From: Hydrolagus colliei
Taxonomy: Eukaryota
Length of the DNA: 64,000 nt
Assembly (NCBI GenBank): GCA_035084275.1
Contig: CM068748.1
Coordinates: forward strand, 13,578,001-13,642,000
Direction of reading: 5' to 3'
How positions within the stretch are numbered: position 1 is the stretch's first letter; every line of letters begins with the position of its first letter. A program made the translations under genes and the position numbers. Below, one piece after another: positions 50,867 through 63,712 of the stretch. Below the pieces are notes generated by a model, which saw only the letters and a program-made list of their open reading frames with translations, was not told where the DNA came from and ran no database searches.

Positions 50867-50920
50867 GGTGATTTAGGATCAGTTGGTTCTAAAGGTGACA
50901 GAGGTCCTCTGGGATTGCCT
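50867..50920 (+). CDS. COL13A1: COL3 exon, GDLGSVGSKGDRGPLGLP (54 nt)
   Basis: ttgtacag|GGT...CCT|gtaagt. Confidence 0.94.
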
Positions 50921-52579
50921 GTAAGTTGCACTTTCTGCTTTTTTATTTATTAGCCACTTCAGGCATGGAATTGCCATTTGAGGTTTTGGGGCATGAACGT
51001 GTAATTAACATTTCCTTTTTTAAATTTAATTAACCCTTAAAAAGCTAATTTTATACAAAACATCTAACCCTTTAGGTTTGACTGCACGTCAGACTCGGGT
51101 TTCTGAAACCTAATGGATAACTCACCAGTATGTAGCATTAGTCAAATCTAGTGCTAAACAAACCTCCACACGAAGCTCACAAATTCATTACACATTGGAG
51201 TGCCGTGGGGAAAACAACATTCCTGTGAGAATTTCACTCCCTGAGAATGTTGCAAGATTGAGCGTTGATCTCTGAATATAATTTTTTAATATAATTTGTC
51301 ACATGACAATTATTTGTCCTGTGACATAACTGTATTTTAAATTATAATACCTTACTTTAAATTAAATCATTATGTGGGAAGAGCAACAGCAAAGCCTGTT
51401 TTATTTTTTGCTTTATTCAGATATCCATATGTACATTTCATGGGAGAACATTAGTAATAGTACTCGGGAAAAGGAACTCAATTTTTTTCCCTCCCCTTCC
51501 ACTTCATAGCCTATGGAAATCAGACCATTTGTACTGCCCTTGCCATTATCACCTCAAAGGCTGGGGATCAGACCAGTATGCACTCACACTTATGAGTGAA
51601 TAGAGCTATTTTTGCCCCAGCTTGGTTCCACACATAGCACAAGTCTAATTCAGCAATCATCCGTCTGATTGTTCCCATATGCAGAGTTCCCATATTATCC
51701 TGAAAATGTTAATTCAGAACCTAAAACGGGTGTGAACGTTTAAGGTTCAGATTTAAGATATTCAAGATAATTGGTGGTATTCCTTACTACTGTTGACCCA
51801 TTTTGTATCTGGCAAAGGTCATATTATTTTGGCCATAGATGCCACATGGGAATTATTCTCATATCCATGCTGATCATTACTCACTTCACCAAGCATTAGG
51901 ATACATAATTGGAAGAGAGAAGACTATGCATGATTTTCATGTTTCAATCACACGGCTAGAGGCAAAAGACTGGAAAAAATGTGCTGCTCTGACCTTTTAA
52001 TGGTGGAGAAATATTTTGCTCAAAACATACCACGTGTTACAACATTTCAGTCCTAGATTGGGTGTTTTACTCTCCAGAAAAGCAATTATCTAACAGGTAG
52101 AAATTAGTGTTGTATCATCAACATTGGCATAATTCATTGTTGGTCCAATTTACGTGTACCATAAGTCACTTTTAATCATGTGTTGTGCTAGTCATACTCA
52201 CTTTTAATCTTTGCTAAATGTCAAGTTTTGGCATTCAGTTTTTCCAGCTCATATCTGTGCTAGCTTCAGAACATTTCTACTGACAGACAAAACTTTCATC
52301 ACAGTGTCACTTTCACTTGTGGATGGTGCTTCCAATGTGACGCTATACAAATATTTACTGTTTATAATTTAAGAAATTACATTGATTGTTACTGGCCTGA
52401 CTTGTATGGAAAGCACACGGTACACATTGATTCTTGTGAGCTGGTTGATATGTCAGGTCTTGATCTCTTTCAACATTGTCACCTTTCATTGCGTTATGCC
52501 AACACATGTCCCTTTTCACTGTCACACTCATCTCTTCCCCACTGTTCTTTCCACTTTTAACACTTCATACACTGTCCAG

Positions 52580-52615
52580 GGTGCTTCTGGCTTAGACGGA
52601 CAGCCTGGACCACCG
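52580..52615 (+). CDS. COL13A1: COL3 exon, GASGLDGQPGPP (36 nt)
   Basis: ctgtccag|GGT...CCG|gtgagt. Confidence 0.94.
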
Positions 52616-53596
52616 GTGAGTTCCATATGTCCATTCTCCTAGATAGTTCATGCCTGCTACACTGTTGTTGGATTGCATAATGAAGTTAATATAGTTGGAT
52701 TACATGCCTGTACTGTGGTCCATGTGGATTGTAAATGAGCATGACAAATATCCCAGTGCATGTGACTGCTTGATTCAGTTTTTTGGTTCGATCATTTGTA
52801 TTGGGAAATGCTTACATTATGTTCAGTTGATTTAAAACAAGGTCTTGTACTGAACGCCCTGAATTTTCAACAAAACAATCTATGGTTCATAGTAACAATG
52901 TTCTGTCTTAGTAGGTTTGAAGGCATTAATGTTTATGTAATGTCCCTGTAACGTTGACTTTTTTTTATTCTGTGAAAAACTGTCTTATTTTGTGTGGTGG
53001 ATATTCTCACCTGCTTATAAGGGATTGTAGAAAGGCCTGGGAACAGATGGCTAGCCCATCCTCCTATTCAGAGTTTGGTGCATAGATTTAGAAAACACAC
53101 ATAAGAAGTAAGGAAGGAAAATGTAAATGCTAAATGTTTCCTTTAAACAATTGGATATCAAATATATATATATATTTTAATTACAGTACATTATTTTTCA
53201 GATTTTTTTTTACTTTATGTGAACTTGGCTCATTTGATCGTTTAGAATATCAACCATCCATCTTTCCCATTGTAGCATCAAACAGTTGCTTATATGAGTA
53301 ACATGAAATAATAAAAGTGTATATTTCAAGAGTATGGAGTGTATACATAGCACTACTCTTATATGAAAACCCGCTCTGAGTATTCGACCAACGTCCAGGC
53401 TTACGTCAGCAACAAAAATGCCCCAGTCCTACTAAGAATCTATTTCTTTTCCTTTAGGCTGAGCAATTGATCCATGTGCTATTCTCTAAATGAGAAAAAT
53501 GCTCTTCTGCTCTTTCATCTTGACCCTTCTTGTGAATTGTTACTTAACAATAGAACTAGATGGAATTGTTGTTAAAATATGTTCATTTCTATGTAG

Positions 53597-53650
53597 GGTG
53601 TACCAGGCCCAGCGGGTTCACAGGGGCCAGCAGGACCAAAAGGAGAAAGG
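53597..53650 (+). CDS. COL13A1: COL3 exon, GVPGPAGSQGPAGPKGER (54 nt)
   Basis: ctatgtag|GGT...AGG|gtaaga. Confidence 0.94.
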
Positions 53651-53697
53651 GTAAGAATCAAATATGGGACTGTAGATAAAGGGAATCTAAATTTAAT

Positions 53698-53795
53698 GAT
53701 AATAGTAATCCTTGCATTTGTGATAGTGTTGTATCATGTCATTGAGAAGTCTCAAAGCCCTCCACAGAATATGCTGTAAAGTGAATTGACTATAT
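53698..53795 (-). mobile_element. SINE 3' fragment
   Basis: AATCCTTGCATTTG...GTAAAGTGAATTGACT. Confidence 0.7.
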
Positions 53796-54008
53796 TCAAA
53801 AAGGATGAATTTAATCTGTCTGTAATACAAAATAGTGATCAATGTTATCAAAACAAATAACCTCATGTCACACTTCTGTCGACAATATTTTTAAAGACAC
53901 TCAGCAATGTGAGTTATTCGAATAAATGCACTATCGCATAAATGTCAATATTGTCTCTGAATGTATCCACTTACAACACCAAACTATCTGTATTGATATC
54001 TGTTTTAG

Positions 54009-54062
54009 GGTGATAAAGGAGATGCTGGACCTCCAGGACCAATTGGACCGCAGGGAATAACT
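54009..54062 (+). CDS. COL13A1: COL3 exon, GDKGDAGPPGPIGPQGIT (54 nt)
   Basis: tgttttag|GGT...ACT|gtaagg. Confidence 0.94.
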
Positions 54063-54426
54063 GTAAGGAAACTGGTTAATAGATAGGAATCTGAAAAACC
54101 ACTTCAGTTCTTTGTATGTTTTGGGAAAGCACGCATAATCCAACTTCAAAATAATTTCCTGTAAATTATATTAGTGAATACACTATACTAAATGGAACTG
54201 TAATTTCAAATATAAAGAAACTTTCAGGGAGCCCACCTTGTGGCAATAATACAATAGTTCCAACCTACACAGCTATCAGCCCATTTCCAATTTCACCTTC
54301 CTCTCCAATAGATGGAATGTTGGATTTATTGTAAAGCATAATGTAATTTGTACGTGAAATGTGGCAACGAATATGCGCATAGCAATGTCGACACTGAATA
54401 ACAGATCTAATAATGTTCTCTTGTAG

Positions 54427-54462
54427 GGATCACTAGGACCAAAAGGAGAAAAAGGAGGCCGG
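54427..54462 (+). CDS. COL13A1: COL3 exon, GSLGPKGEKGGR (36 nt)
   Basis: tcttgtag|GGA...CGG|gtaagc. Confidence 0.93.
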
Positions 54463-55969
54463 GTAAGCATGCCTGAACATTATGATACTTAAATGTCCCT
54501 TTTTTTATGCATGGTATTTTCAAGTAAAGCTCAACCTAATGTTTACATATACTACAGCCGGAAGTAATTTAACAATGATTACAGTTGTAAAATTCAATGT
54601 AACATCATTTGGCAAAGTAATATTGAGTTGACATTCATTACATCAAATAAACCAATGAATGCCACTGCAAATGCCCCTTATACGCTTTTATTGAAAATAG
54701 TTTTATCTCTTCCTTGAAATACTGTTATTTGGAAGCTTTTGACAAAACTATTTGGGAGTTTTCATTCGATGGGATTTATTAAGGTTAGAAACAAACAAAT
54801 GAGTCATTTGTAAAGTGCGTTGTCAAAGAGTGATTTTCATTAACTTATAAAATATAACTTTAACTTAATTTAACTTAAGTGAAATATATTGCTCAGTTTG
54901 ACGTTGAGCATTTTTTTAAAAGGTTTGTTGTGCTGTTATTCTTTGCGTTCTTTTGCTGCTTTTTTAAAAGAAAATTCCTCCGAACAGGTCTACCTTAACC
55001 CCTTCAACCCTTCTTTCCATATTTAATCCCTGATTATCCTCTCATCCTACTCAAAGTGTTTTTTCCTTCTCTCTCTCCTGACACTGATTCCTAATGTATG
55101 AACCTCTCCTTTCCTGCAAGGTTTTTTTTTCTAATGTATAATCTGTTCCTATCCTTTTTTAAAAAAAAATTATATATTGCATTATTGCTCTGATGTTTAT
55201 AAATGAATAGGAAGTAAGCACCAATGAAATGCACACTTCTGCCCTTTTTAGAATAAATCAAAACATTTATTTTCCAACTATATCAAGTACAAGGATTATT
55301 CTGTGTTTAAAAATAATTTCTAAGATATTATTCAGTTACATTTCGTGCATATAATTTTAATTTAACTATTTATAAATATAGCTTTTGAGTGTTTGTGTAC
55401 ATTCTTAAATGTGTTGAATTATTTTTAAAAAATTTAAATAATGCACTATTTTAAAGCAAAATATTTTTACTTGGAGAAAAAAAGTATTTCCTCAAAACAA
55501 AAACAATCACAATTATTTTAAAATACAAAACCCTTTCATGTGTTAGATCTACACGAATAGAGCACTAGAGTATACTATTACACATCAACAGTACATCATT
55601 CCTTGTTTTGCTTTGCATCAACCTTGTCGAATAATTTCCTAACTTGGTAGAAAATTTAGGAAGAAGTTTGATTTCTTCAGAAAGGAGTTCTGTGCAGTTA
55701 TATTCTCATTTCTAGTATCCTTCACATAAAGGACAGAGGTGCAATTTCCATTTATAAATTGAATTAATTTTCTTTACCATTTTATTTTGTGAAATCTGTA
55801 AAAAGATAACATATCTCATCTCACCAATGGTGGTAATATCATCTAAATAACCCCCAAATTAAATAGTTTTTTTTTGTTTCCATTTTGTATTTCCTTATCA
55901 CCAAGATATTTTCTGCAGAAAGAAAGTAAAATTGTTCCAACTTTTTCCTTTGACGAATATTGTTTGCAG

Positions 55970-56056
55970 GGGGAGAAGGGAAAGAGAGGTTCTAAAGGGC
56001 CTAAAGGGGATAAGGGAGACCAAGGAGTGCCTGGATTAGATGCACCTTGCCCATTG
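55970..56056 (+). CDS. COL13A1: COL3/NC4 exon variant [30 protein letters not shown] (87 nt)
   Basis: gtttgcag|GGG...TTG|gtatgt. Confidence 0.95.
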
Positions 56057-56659
56057 GTATGTTCTGTTGATGTGATCTGAAATGGAATGTATGTAATGGA
56101 AAAATAAGGGAGGACCTTCCTGAATGTTGCTTTAAAATTGTCCGTCATTGCAGCCCTCAAGGCCAAATACCATGGGTGTGGAGTCCCTCCATTATAATAT
56201 TGGCACAAGATATGGAGTTAAGTACAAAGTGTGACTCTGGAGTGTATTGGAGTTAACATTTGTGTGCACATTGCTGGACCAGGATTTGCTCAGTCTGCAA
56301 TGGTATTTCCTTGGTATTCCTTGAATTGCCACTGCTTTGCAACCTGAGTACCGACATCCACAAAAGGTCTGCTGCTGCTTTCAGGGCTTATCAGTGAAGA
56401 TTTGTATTCACAGAGCATTGGATTTTGAACATCATGATTTCATTTGTGACATTCAAAATCGGAGATCATCCCTTGGGCAGGTTCAAACACTAGGCAGGTT
56501 CCAAGGGTGCAATGATGTTTTGTAATATTTTCCTCATGTGCTGTCATGGAGGTATATACCGATTTGCAGATTCCACAGTCCTCCTTCCTTTCTCCATCTA
56601 CATGAAAGTCAGTATTAAGATGTATCTGTATTAACCGAGTCAGTTCATTTTGTAAACAG

Positions 56660-56737
56660 GGATTCCGAGGCTTTAAAGGAGAGAAAGGTGAACCGGGCTT
56701 ACCAGGCCTGGATGGGCTTGATGCCCCTTGCCCATTG
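56660..56737 (+). CDS. COL13A1: COL3/NC4 exon variant [27 protein letters not shown] (78 nt)
   Basis: gtaaacag|GGA...TTG|gtatgg. Confidence 0.92.
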
Positions 56738-57496
56738 GTATGGTGTTATCTCCCTTCCCTTCCTGCACGTCTTATCATTTTCAATCCACGTTCATGCATG
56801 GTAACTAAATAATAACACCTAGTGCAACATGGATAAAATGCTTTTTTTGCATAACCACCATTATTAACAGCCAGTGACTATCATGCATATTAACAAAGTT
56901 AAATGAAATAGTTTGTTATAAGTATAAACGTGAAACACTTAAAGCAAAGCTTTGTAGCATATAAAGTGTTACTCACTTTGTCTATTTGTCAATTCAAAAT
57001 GTTCTTGCAGAGTAATCCAAGTTAAACCTACCCAATGTTTTTTTTTAACCAAATAGAGAAAATAATTGCCCAATTCATGTAAGAAACACTAAATCAAATT
57101 CTGATCTGTTTCCCAGAAAATAGACTAAGCTGTGTTTAAACTTGTGCATGTTTACACTTGAGAGTACATTTTACAAACCTTCCATCCCATCACCGATATC
57201 AAAGATTTGTAACATTTCATGTGCTAAAGACTGCATGAAATGGATCACAAGGGCCAACTGTAATCAGCCCGTCTTGACAGCTGAGAGAGAAATACATAGG
57301 AGGAAGGGCATAGGAGGAGAAATCCTATCACGATTCAAGTTAATTGAGTTAAATCATACTTTTCCCCTTATATGCATAAAATAATTATTTTTAGCTTGTG
57401 ATTGTATCATTAGTTTCTATTTTAAAAGTCAGGGATTTCAACCAGACTTTACACGTCAACCAGACCTTTCACCTTCCACTTCAACCAGACCTTATA

Positions 57497-57630
57497 CACT
57501 GCTGTGTGCAATTGGCTGCCACGTTTCTCCCACAAAATATACAGTCAATTCACTTTACAGTGTATTCTGTGAAGCACTTTGAGACTTCTTGAAAACGCTA
57601 AATCAAATGCAAGGAGTATTATTATTATTA
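57497..57630 (+). mobile_element. SINE 3' half
   Basis: GCTGTGTGCAATTGGCTGCC...ACAGTCAATTCACTTTACAG...CAAATGCAAGG(ATT)n. Confidence 0.8.
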
Positions 57631-59661
57631 CACAAGCACCCCTCTAATTATTATATTGCTGCTACAGGAGGTTCTCTCGTGGACTCTACCCTTGTTTATC
57701 GTATTTATTATCCTGTTTTCTTTTTTAAACCAATTAAAAATTAACACTTCCTCACCTTTTCCCCACCTTTCCTTAAAACCTGCCCTCAGTGCATTCCAAC
57801 CATGTACCAATGGGTCAATATCAATTACCTCAATTAAATTGTTTTAAGCACATAAGTAAATTGTAACTTTAAAGTGTGTCCATAAGAAATAAGCAAAATA
57901 TAGTGTAGTTCTATCAGTTTTTTTTGTGTTAAAAAAATGTACTTATAAGTATCTGTAATGCATATTATGTGTTTTGTTAGAAGGCCTTGAATGTACAAAT
58001 AATGTTCTTTTGATTTTAGATATGGCTCAAAAATGCAAACTGTTTTAATGAGCTATTTATCGTTACTTAGGCATATGCATGAACTATGTGGTTCTTGTGT
58101 TTGGTTTCTATGTTTTAAAAAAGCATGTTGCATACAATTGCCAAGCTATAAATGAACATACAATTTCATCACAGTGCAATGAGCTATCGTTTGTCAGTTC
58201 AATCTTGATTGATGGATAAAATAGTGCACATTCTATTTCAAATGTTCCTTGGAATATTTATTTCATTACAATTTGCAGAGGGAAGAATTGCCCTTAACTA
58301 AGAGCAGAGATCTTAACATTGTAGAGCAGAGAGCTTAACATAGTAGCAGGGGAAATAATGTGTATTGCATAAAATATTGTGTATTGTAACATATACACAC
58401 AGTAATTTATTTGCAACATACAAGTTTTAACTCCAGTCATTTTTACATGGTTATTGCAAAGAAGAAACAAAAGGGTCATTATTACAATAATTTGCTCTGT
58501 AATGGGTACTTTAGAAAACAATCTTGAAAATTCATGAAGTAAATTTTGGTGAGTGGGAAATATCCAAATCCCTAAGGACAAAGTCTTTCTCTGTCATATA
58601 TTGGTTGGATCATCAAATTATATTTGCTTCCTTTTTGACCGTGCTTGCTTCATGTTTGTGGTTCTGAACAGAAGCATTAACTGGTGTCATTTGGAACAGA
58701 CCTATCTTGATTTCTAACTGAGTTCAGTTCAACCGTTCATCTTATCGATGGCCACAAATTCCATACCATTTCAGTCAAACATGAAATTGAATAAAATGGA
58801 ATCTAAGAAAAAATGTAGAGCTTTATTAAATTATCTAATTTGTCACTGATCAAAACCCTTAAATAGTTTCATTTCTAGACTTTCCAACTATTTAAATTGT
58901 TGTCTTGGTTAAAAGCTAAACAGTTTATAATCTTGCATCAATGTATAAACTAGACCTGACACAGAACAAAAACACTGTAAAAAGTCCTTGAAGCTGGGAC
59001 CTATGGGAAAAATTAATCACAGAGTGATTGTAAAATAGCAGACCCAAAAATCACAAAGTTCTGATGAATTAACTCATGTTTAGTACTAAGTGAGTGACTT
59101 TCACATTTATAAAGGATAACTTTAATAGATGACACAAAGTAAAGGAAAGGTCAGAGCACTGAAGAAGTATGACTGATCTTCAAAGCTCCAGTGAATGTTA
59201 TTAAAGAAAAATTCCTGAAAGACTATATACAGATTTACCCATTCTAAGTAGTGTGAGAGCACCTAAATTAAGTTCACTAAACCACAGTAGTGAATTAGTA
59301 AATATATGACTCTTAAGACAAATATTACTGGAAAAGTCCTTTAAAAATAAAGTTGTTTACTATTCTAAAAATGGTTGAAAACTGCAGGGAAAGCGATAGC
59401 ATTTGATGACCCAAATCAAGATTGTTACTCAATTCTGTTGGGAATATTGAAATGCCATTTCTGGAATGGAAATGGTCAGGATTGAATAATGAACATATGT
59501 TTCCGGATTTTTATAATTGATTATCCTTAAAACATGGGCTGAAATCTATTTTTTCAAATTGAATAAGATAATGTGGATGATGAGAAAGTACTGAGTGAAA
59601 AGAATGAAACGGAAAGTAGGCAAGTATATGAAATTAATTTCTTTATTACTTTGAAACTCAG

Positions 59662-59700
59662 GGTGATGATGGCTTACCTGTACAAGGCTGTTGGAATAAA
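59662..59700 (+). CDS. COL13A1: NC4 exon, GDDGLPVQGCWNK (39 nt); stop codon is in the next exon
   Basis: aaactcag|GGT...AAA|gtaagt. Confidence 0.96.
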
Positions 59701-60475
59701 GTAAGTAAAATCAGATTCATATAAGCATGTTTGGCCTGTTTTGTATATTTCTAATGATTGTGAAATCCCCAAGCTTTGTATTGACATGAAGCTACAAGTA
59801 TTTTTATGCTGTCATATAACATTAATCAATTTTGTTGTGCAGTTTTATAACATTAGTCAATTAAACACATTTTAGTGTGGATACTATTTACAATGATAAA
59901 GTGGTGCAGTGCAACTAATATAGGTAGAGACTCGCAGTATGTCTAAGTATTGCCTTCAAAATTTAAATCCCATTTGATTGCTGATTTGCTTTAATGGCAA
60001 ATTCTTAAATGCACTCTTAATGTAAAGGCAGCATAGTATTAGTTATTTTAAGAACACCAGAAAACAAACTTCAAAGTTAAAGCTGAATTCAATTAATTGC
60101 CAAATTTCACACGCTCTACAATGCTACGTAAACAGAGTAAATTTAGACCAAGATAAAATTACTCATCGTTTATTTCTAAACCTATTACTTATGGAAATTT
60201 CTGGTTGCGTTGGTACTAAGTAGGTGTTGCAAGTCCTGGACTGTTACCAAATGTTGTCTTGCTGAGTACATTTGTAAATGCATTGCACCTATTGATTACT
60301 AGTTTTATGGACTGTAGAATTGTTGAATTTGTGAACCTCAAATGCATTATTGAAACGAATTGAAACACACTAGAATTAGGGCAGATTGAACCAATTGCAA
60401 TGCAGCTGATAGATTAACACAACCACTTTGTTTATGCCTCAAATCCCATCTAATTGATTTAACTTCATGCAGCAT

Positions 60476-60938
60476 ACAACAACAACAACAACAATTTACA
60501 TTTATAGAGCGCCTTTCACGTCGGGAGGACGTCCCAAGGCGCTAAACAAGAGGCGTGTGACCCGAGCTGGGAGGGGAGTGTTTGGGAAGGGGTGAAACAC
60601 GAAGGGGAGGTAAAAGAGTTCGGGGTGGAACAAAAGGCACGATCGAAGAGGAAAGTCTTCAAATCGGCCTTGAAAGAGGAAAGGGAAGAGGCGAAACGGA
60701 GGGATTGAGGGATGGCATTCCATAAGGTGGGAGCGGAGAAACTGAAGGCCCGGCCTCCGATGGTGGGGCGGTTCGGGCGGAGGGCTTGGAGCAGGCCAAG
60801 TCCTGTTAAACGGAGGGTCCGGGTGGGCGTGTAGGGGGAGAGTAGATCGGCTAGGTAGGATGGGGCAAGGCCGTGCAAGGCCTTGTAGGTGAGGACGAGG
60901 ATCTTAAATTCGATCCTCTGGAGGATGGGGAGCCAGTG
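60476..60938 (-). mobile_element. LINE2 3' fragment, young (ORF2 C-terminus intact)
   Basis: Translates HGLAPSYLADLL...GGRAFSFSAPTLWNAIPQSLRFASSLSSFKADLKTFLF, a typical L2 RT C-terminus; (TTG)n tail. Confidence 0.92.
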
Positions 60939-62882
60939 TGATGTTGTTGTTGATATGGTCCAGAAGTTAAATACATACTAGATCAAAGCATAGAACACCT
61001 TAACAAATTGTGTGTTTGTTAGGATTACATCAGCAATTGCTCTAAAATATTATAATCTGTTCATTGCTCAAAAATTAAAGAAGAAATGTATTAAGGAATA
61101 ATGCAGTTGAAATCAGCAATTCAGAACAACCATTCTCCCCTAAATAAACAATCAGAATTCAATGTACCATGTACAGTACTTATACTGAGAGATACTTAAA
61201 CTGGAGCTCACTGCTCTGTGGGAATATTTTGTATAATATATTCTAAACTTCTGAGTTAGTCTATTTGGCACAGATATCAGACATTTGAATGGAAAATATT
61301 GGTCATTTAAACAGATTACATGAGGAAAGATATATTACTTCAGAAAAGTCAGAGATGTTTTATATTTATAAGCAAAGTGAGGAAGAGAAAATGAGTGTGT
61401 GCCTTGAGCTTGCCAAGGCCCTGTGGTTACTGACTGACAATTTCTTAGCATTAATCCAATCCATACACTCACATAGAATGATTCAACTGGGAGATTTAAA
61501 AGCAGACTGACAGACTTGTATACCAAAAATTGGCTGTGAGGATTTTAAATATCTTTTGGGCCTTGAGCACTGGCGGATGAAAAGGTACAAATGCAGTCAA
61601 CCCACAATAAATGATTACGATGGTTTGACCGTTTTCAAACTATACAAGGAATGAGCAGTGAGGATTGGGAACCAAATAAAAATCATTTCAAAATAATATA
61701 TTTGTGAGTAGAGCAGTGAGAATAACTTGATTTTTTAAATAGCTGTGTTCGTACTGGATAAGCGAGCGAGGTCCTTTAAGGAATATGTGAGGTAGAAATA
61801 TTGTTCAAAGGATCAGGAAATGGTAAAAAGTGTTTAAATGAATTCCTCAAAATGGTCTATAAAAAAAATGCAGACAAAGCAAATTTTCGATCCAGTCATT
61901 TTGGCTCAATCTGTAACAGATGTAGAGGTAGGAAAGCAAGTGTAATGTTTCATGTGTTCTAAATTCAGAGTGACAGCTGGCAGAAGATGAAGATTAATTA
62001 TTTTTATGAAAACTTCAGTGCGTCCAGTTATTTTCTCCCCATTGCCATATGTGCCTTTGCTCTTGATCCCCAGCCTCCTCACACTGAGCTGAGGTTTCAC
62101 GGATGTTGGTTGTCGTCCAGCACCCCGCCCGGGCATTGTTCATGTCTAAATTGCAGACACTTCACGTGTAGATGGCTTCACAACAGAACCTCACCTCACC
62201 CAGCTGCCACACACACATACAACCAGTGGAGGGTGCTAGACTGTGGCTGGCTTTCCCCCTCCAACCTTGGCTGGACAAATTCACCCAACCCATCTAATAA
62301 ACTCAGCATGGACTGGCTCACAAATCTAGACTCCACTATTAAAATGTTGCTAATTGCCTCTCTGGCCATATGAAAGTAGTAGTAGTACCAGCATGGACTA
62401 GACTTCGAGCCAGTGAACTCCTGTTCCATAAGCTGAAACTCTTTACAATACACCATTGAGGCTGTCTCCGAAAGGATACAAGGTTAAAAATCAGATGAAT
62501 GATTTGTTCAAGGAATATCTGAGTGGCTTTACTTGAATGATGGGATAAATTTGCTAATGAAAGTTTACGGCATAGATGCCACTTAATGGGATGAATCTTC
62601 ACTTAACTGTAGAATGTGGGAAGAAAAATTTGCTTCAGAACAAACATTTTCCATTAATTAGATGTTCTCTAGTTTAAGTGTTCTATGGCTCCACTTTAAT
62701 GACATATTTTTCTGCCTTTAATCTCTGTGTCAGCCATGGCATTTTGCACATGAGGCCAAAACTAATATTTTTAAAGCTTATTGCCATGGGATCACATGAG
62801 TAACACTGAATTTAATGATATGAAAGTGTTGCTTTTTGATAGTATGCAGCTCTGGAACCAACTATGTTTTTTTCTGCTCCAG

Positions 62883-63020
62883 TGATGATCAAAGTATTAA
62901 TCAGTTATAAATGCATAAAATGCAAAACTGTTTAGAAACAGATAGCAACCAGTGACTTTGATTGTCGGAATAGAAGTCTGAATTCTCAATCTGAATAAAC
63001 ACACTTCAATCGCCATTGTG
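62883..63020 (+). other. COL13A1: Candidate alternative terminal exon or acceptor beginning with TGA
   Basis: tttttttctgctccag|TGATGATC; AATAAA at 62994-62999; end approximate. Confidence 0.45.
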
Positions 63021-63610
63021 GAATTATTAGCTATTTAGGCTATACTCTGGATTCAGAGTTCATTCAGTTATGCCTGTGTTTCAGATAGATTTACTTTACA
63101 GGGATTTGCAGAAGTGTTACAAGGGGAAATCAACAAGGGAAATCTTTGTGAATATTTTCTTTCACTACCAGTTAAATTTTACAGTGGGTAGGTGAAAGTG
63201 GCCTGACTTTTTCACGTGCATTCTGTTTCGAAGTACAGTATAGAGTTTTGAGTTTCAGCCCAGAAAGGATTGGATGTTAGACAAAGTGTTCTCTGGGGGA
63301 TGTGAAATCACAACAAAAATCAGTACCAGTAGTCCTACAGCTCATGAATCAGAAGCACAAAATTTATCCATTCTTTGGACTTCCCTCAAGATTAGAGAAA
63401 CACCATTCTTTACCAATCAATGTAAATGCACGCATGCTCTGGCTTCCAGTTCCTGTCACCTACTTCAGCATTCAGTTTCACAAAGCCCTAAATCTGGTTC
63501 ATGACATATTCTGTGACGCCTCATGTTTAAGCCCTGAATCTTGAACTAACCTGAGTTTGTTTTTCTTTTTTCTTTTTGCAGTGATGATGATCTAACCACA
63601 GAATGGAGTG

Positions 63611-63618
63611 TGTACATA
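63611..63618 (+). promoter_or_regulatory. Pumilio response element (UGUACAUA) in 3'UTR
   Basis: Exact match to UGUAHAUA, followed by an AU-rich tract. Confidence 0.55.
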
Positions 63619-63706
63619 GAATATTTATTTTTATACAGTTTTTTGCAATTGTGAAAATTCTTTTTAAATGATTTCATATTTTAAATTCACACTTTGTATA
63701 AATTGT

Positions 63707-63712
63707 ATTAAA
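63707..63712 (+). terminator. Polyadenylation signal ATTAAA
   Basis: Preceded by TGTA motifs, followed by a TGTGTTGTC/TGTCTTTGT downstream element. Confidence 0.6.

Noticed and set aside
2518-59700. Assignment to COL25A1 or COL23A1
   Set aside because: Despite COL25-like modules, SIIGPRGPP, EIRTLAL, GASGLDG.PGPP and GLPVQGCWNK fit recalled COL13A1; synteny is needed for final proof.
60516-60878. 120-aa minus-strand ORF as an independent gene
   Set aside because: C-terminal fragment of LINE2 ORF2 in a 5'-truncated insertion.
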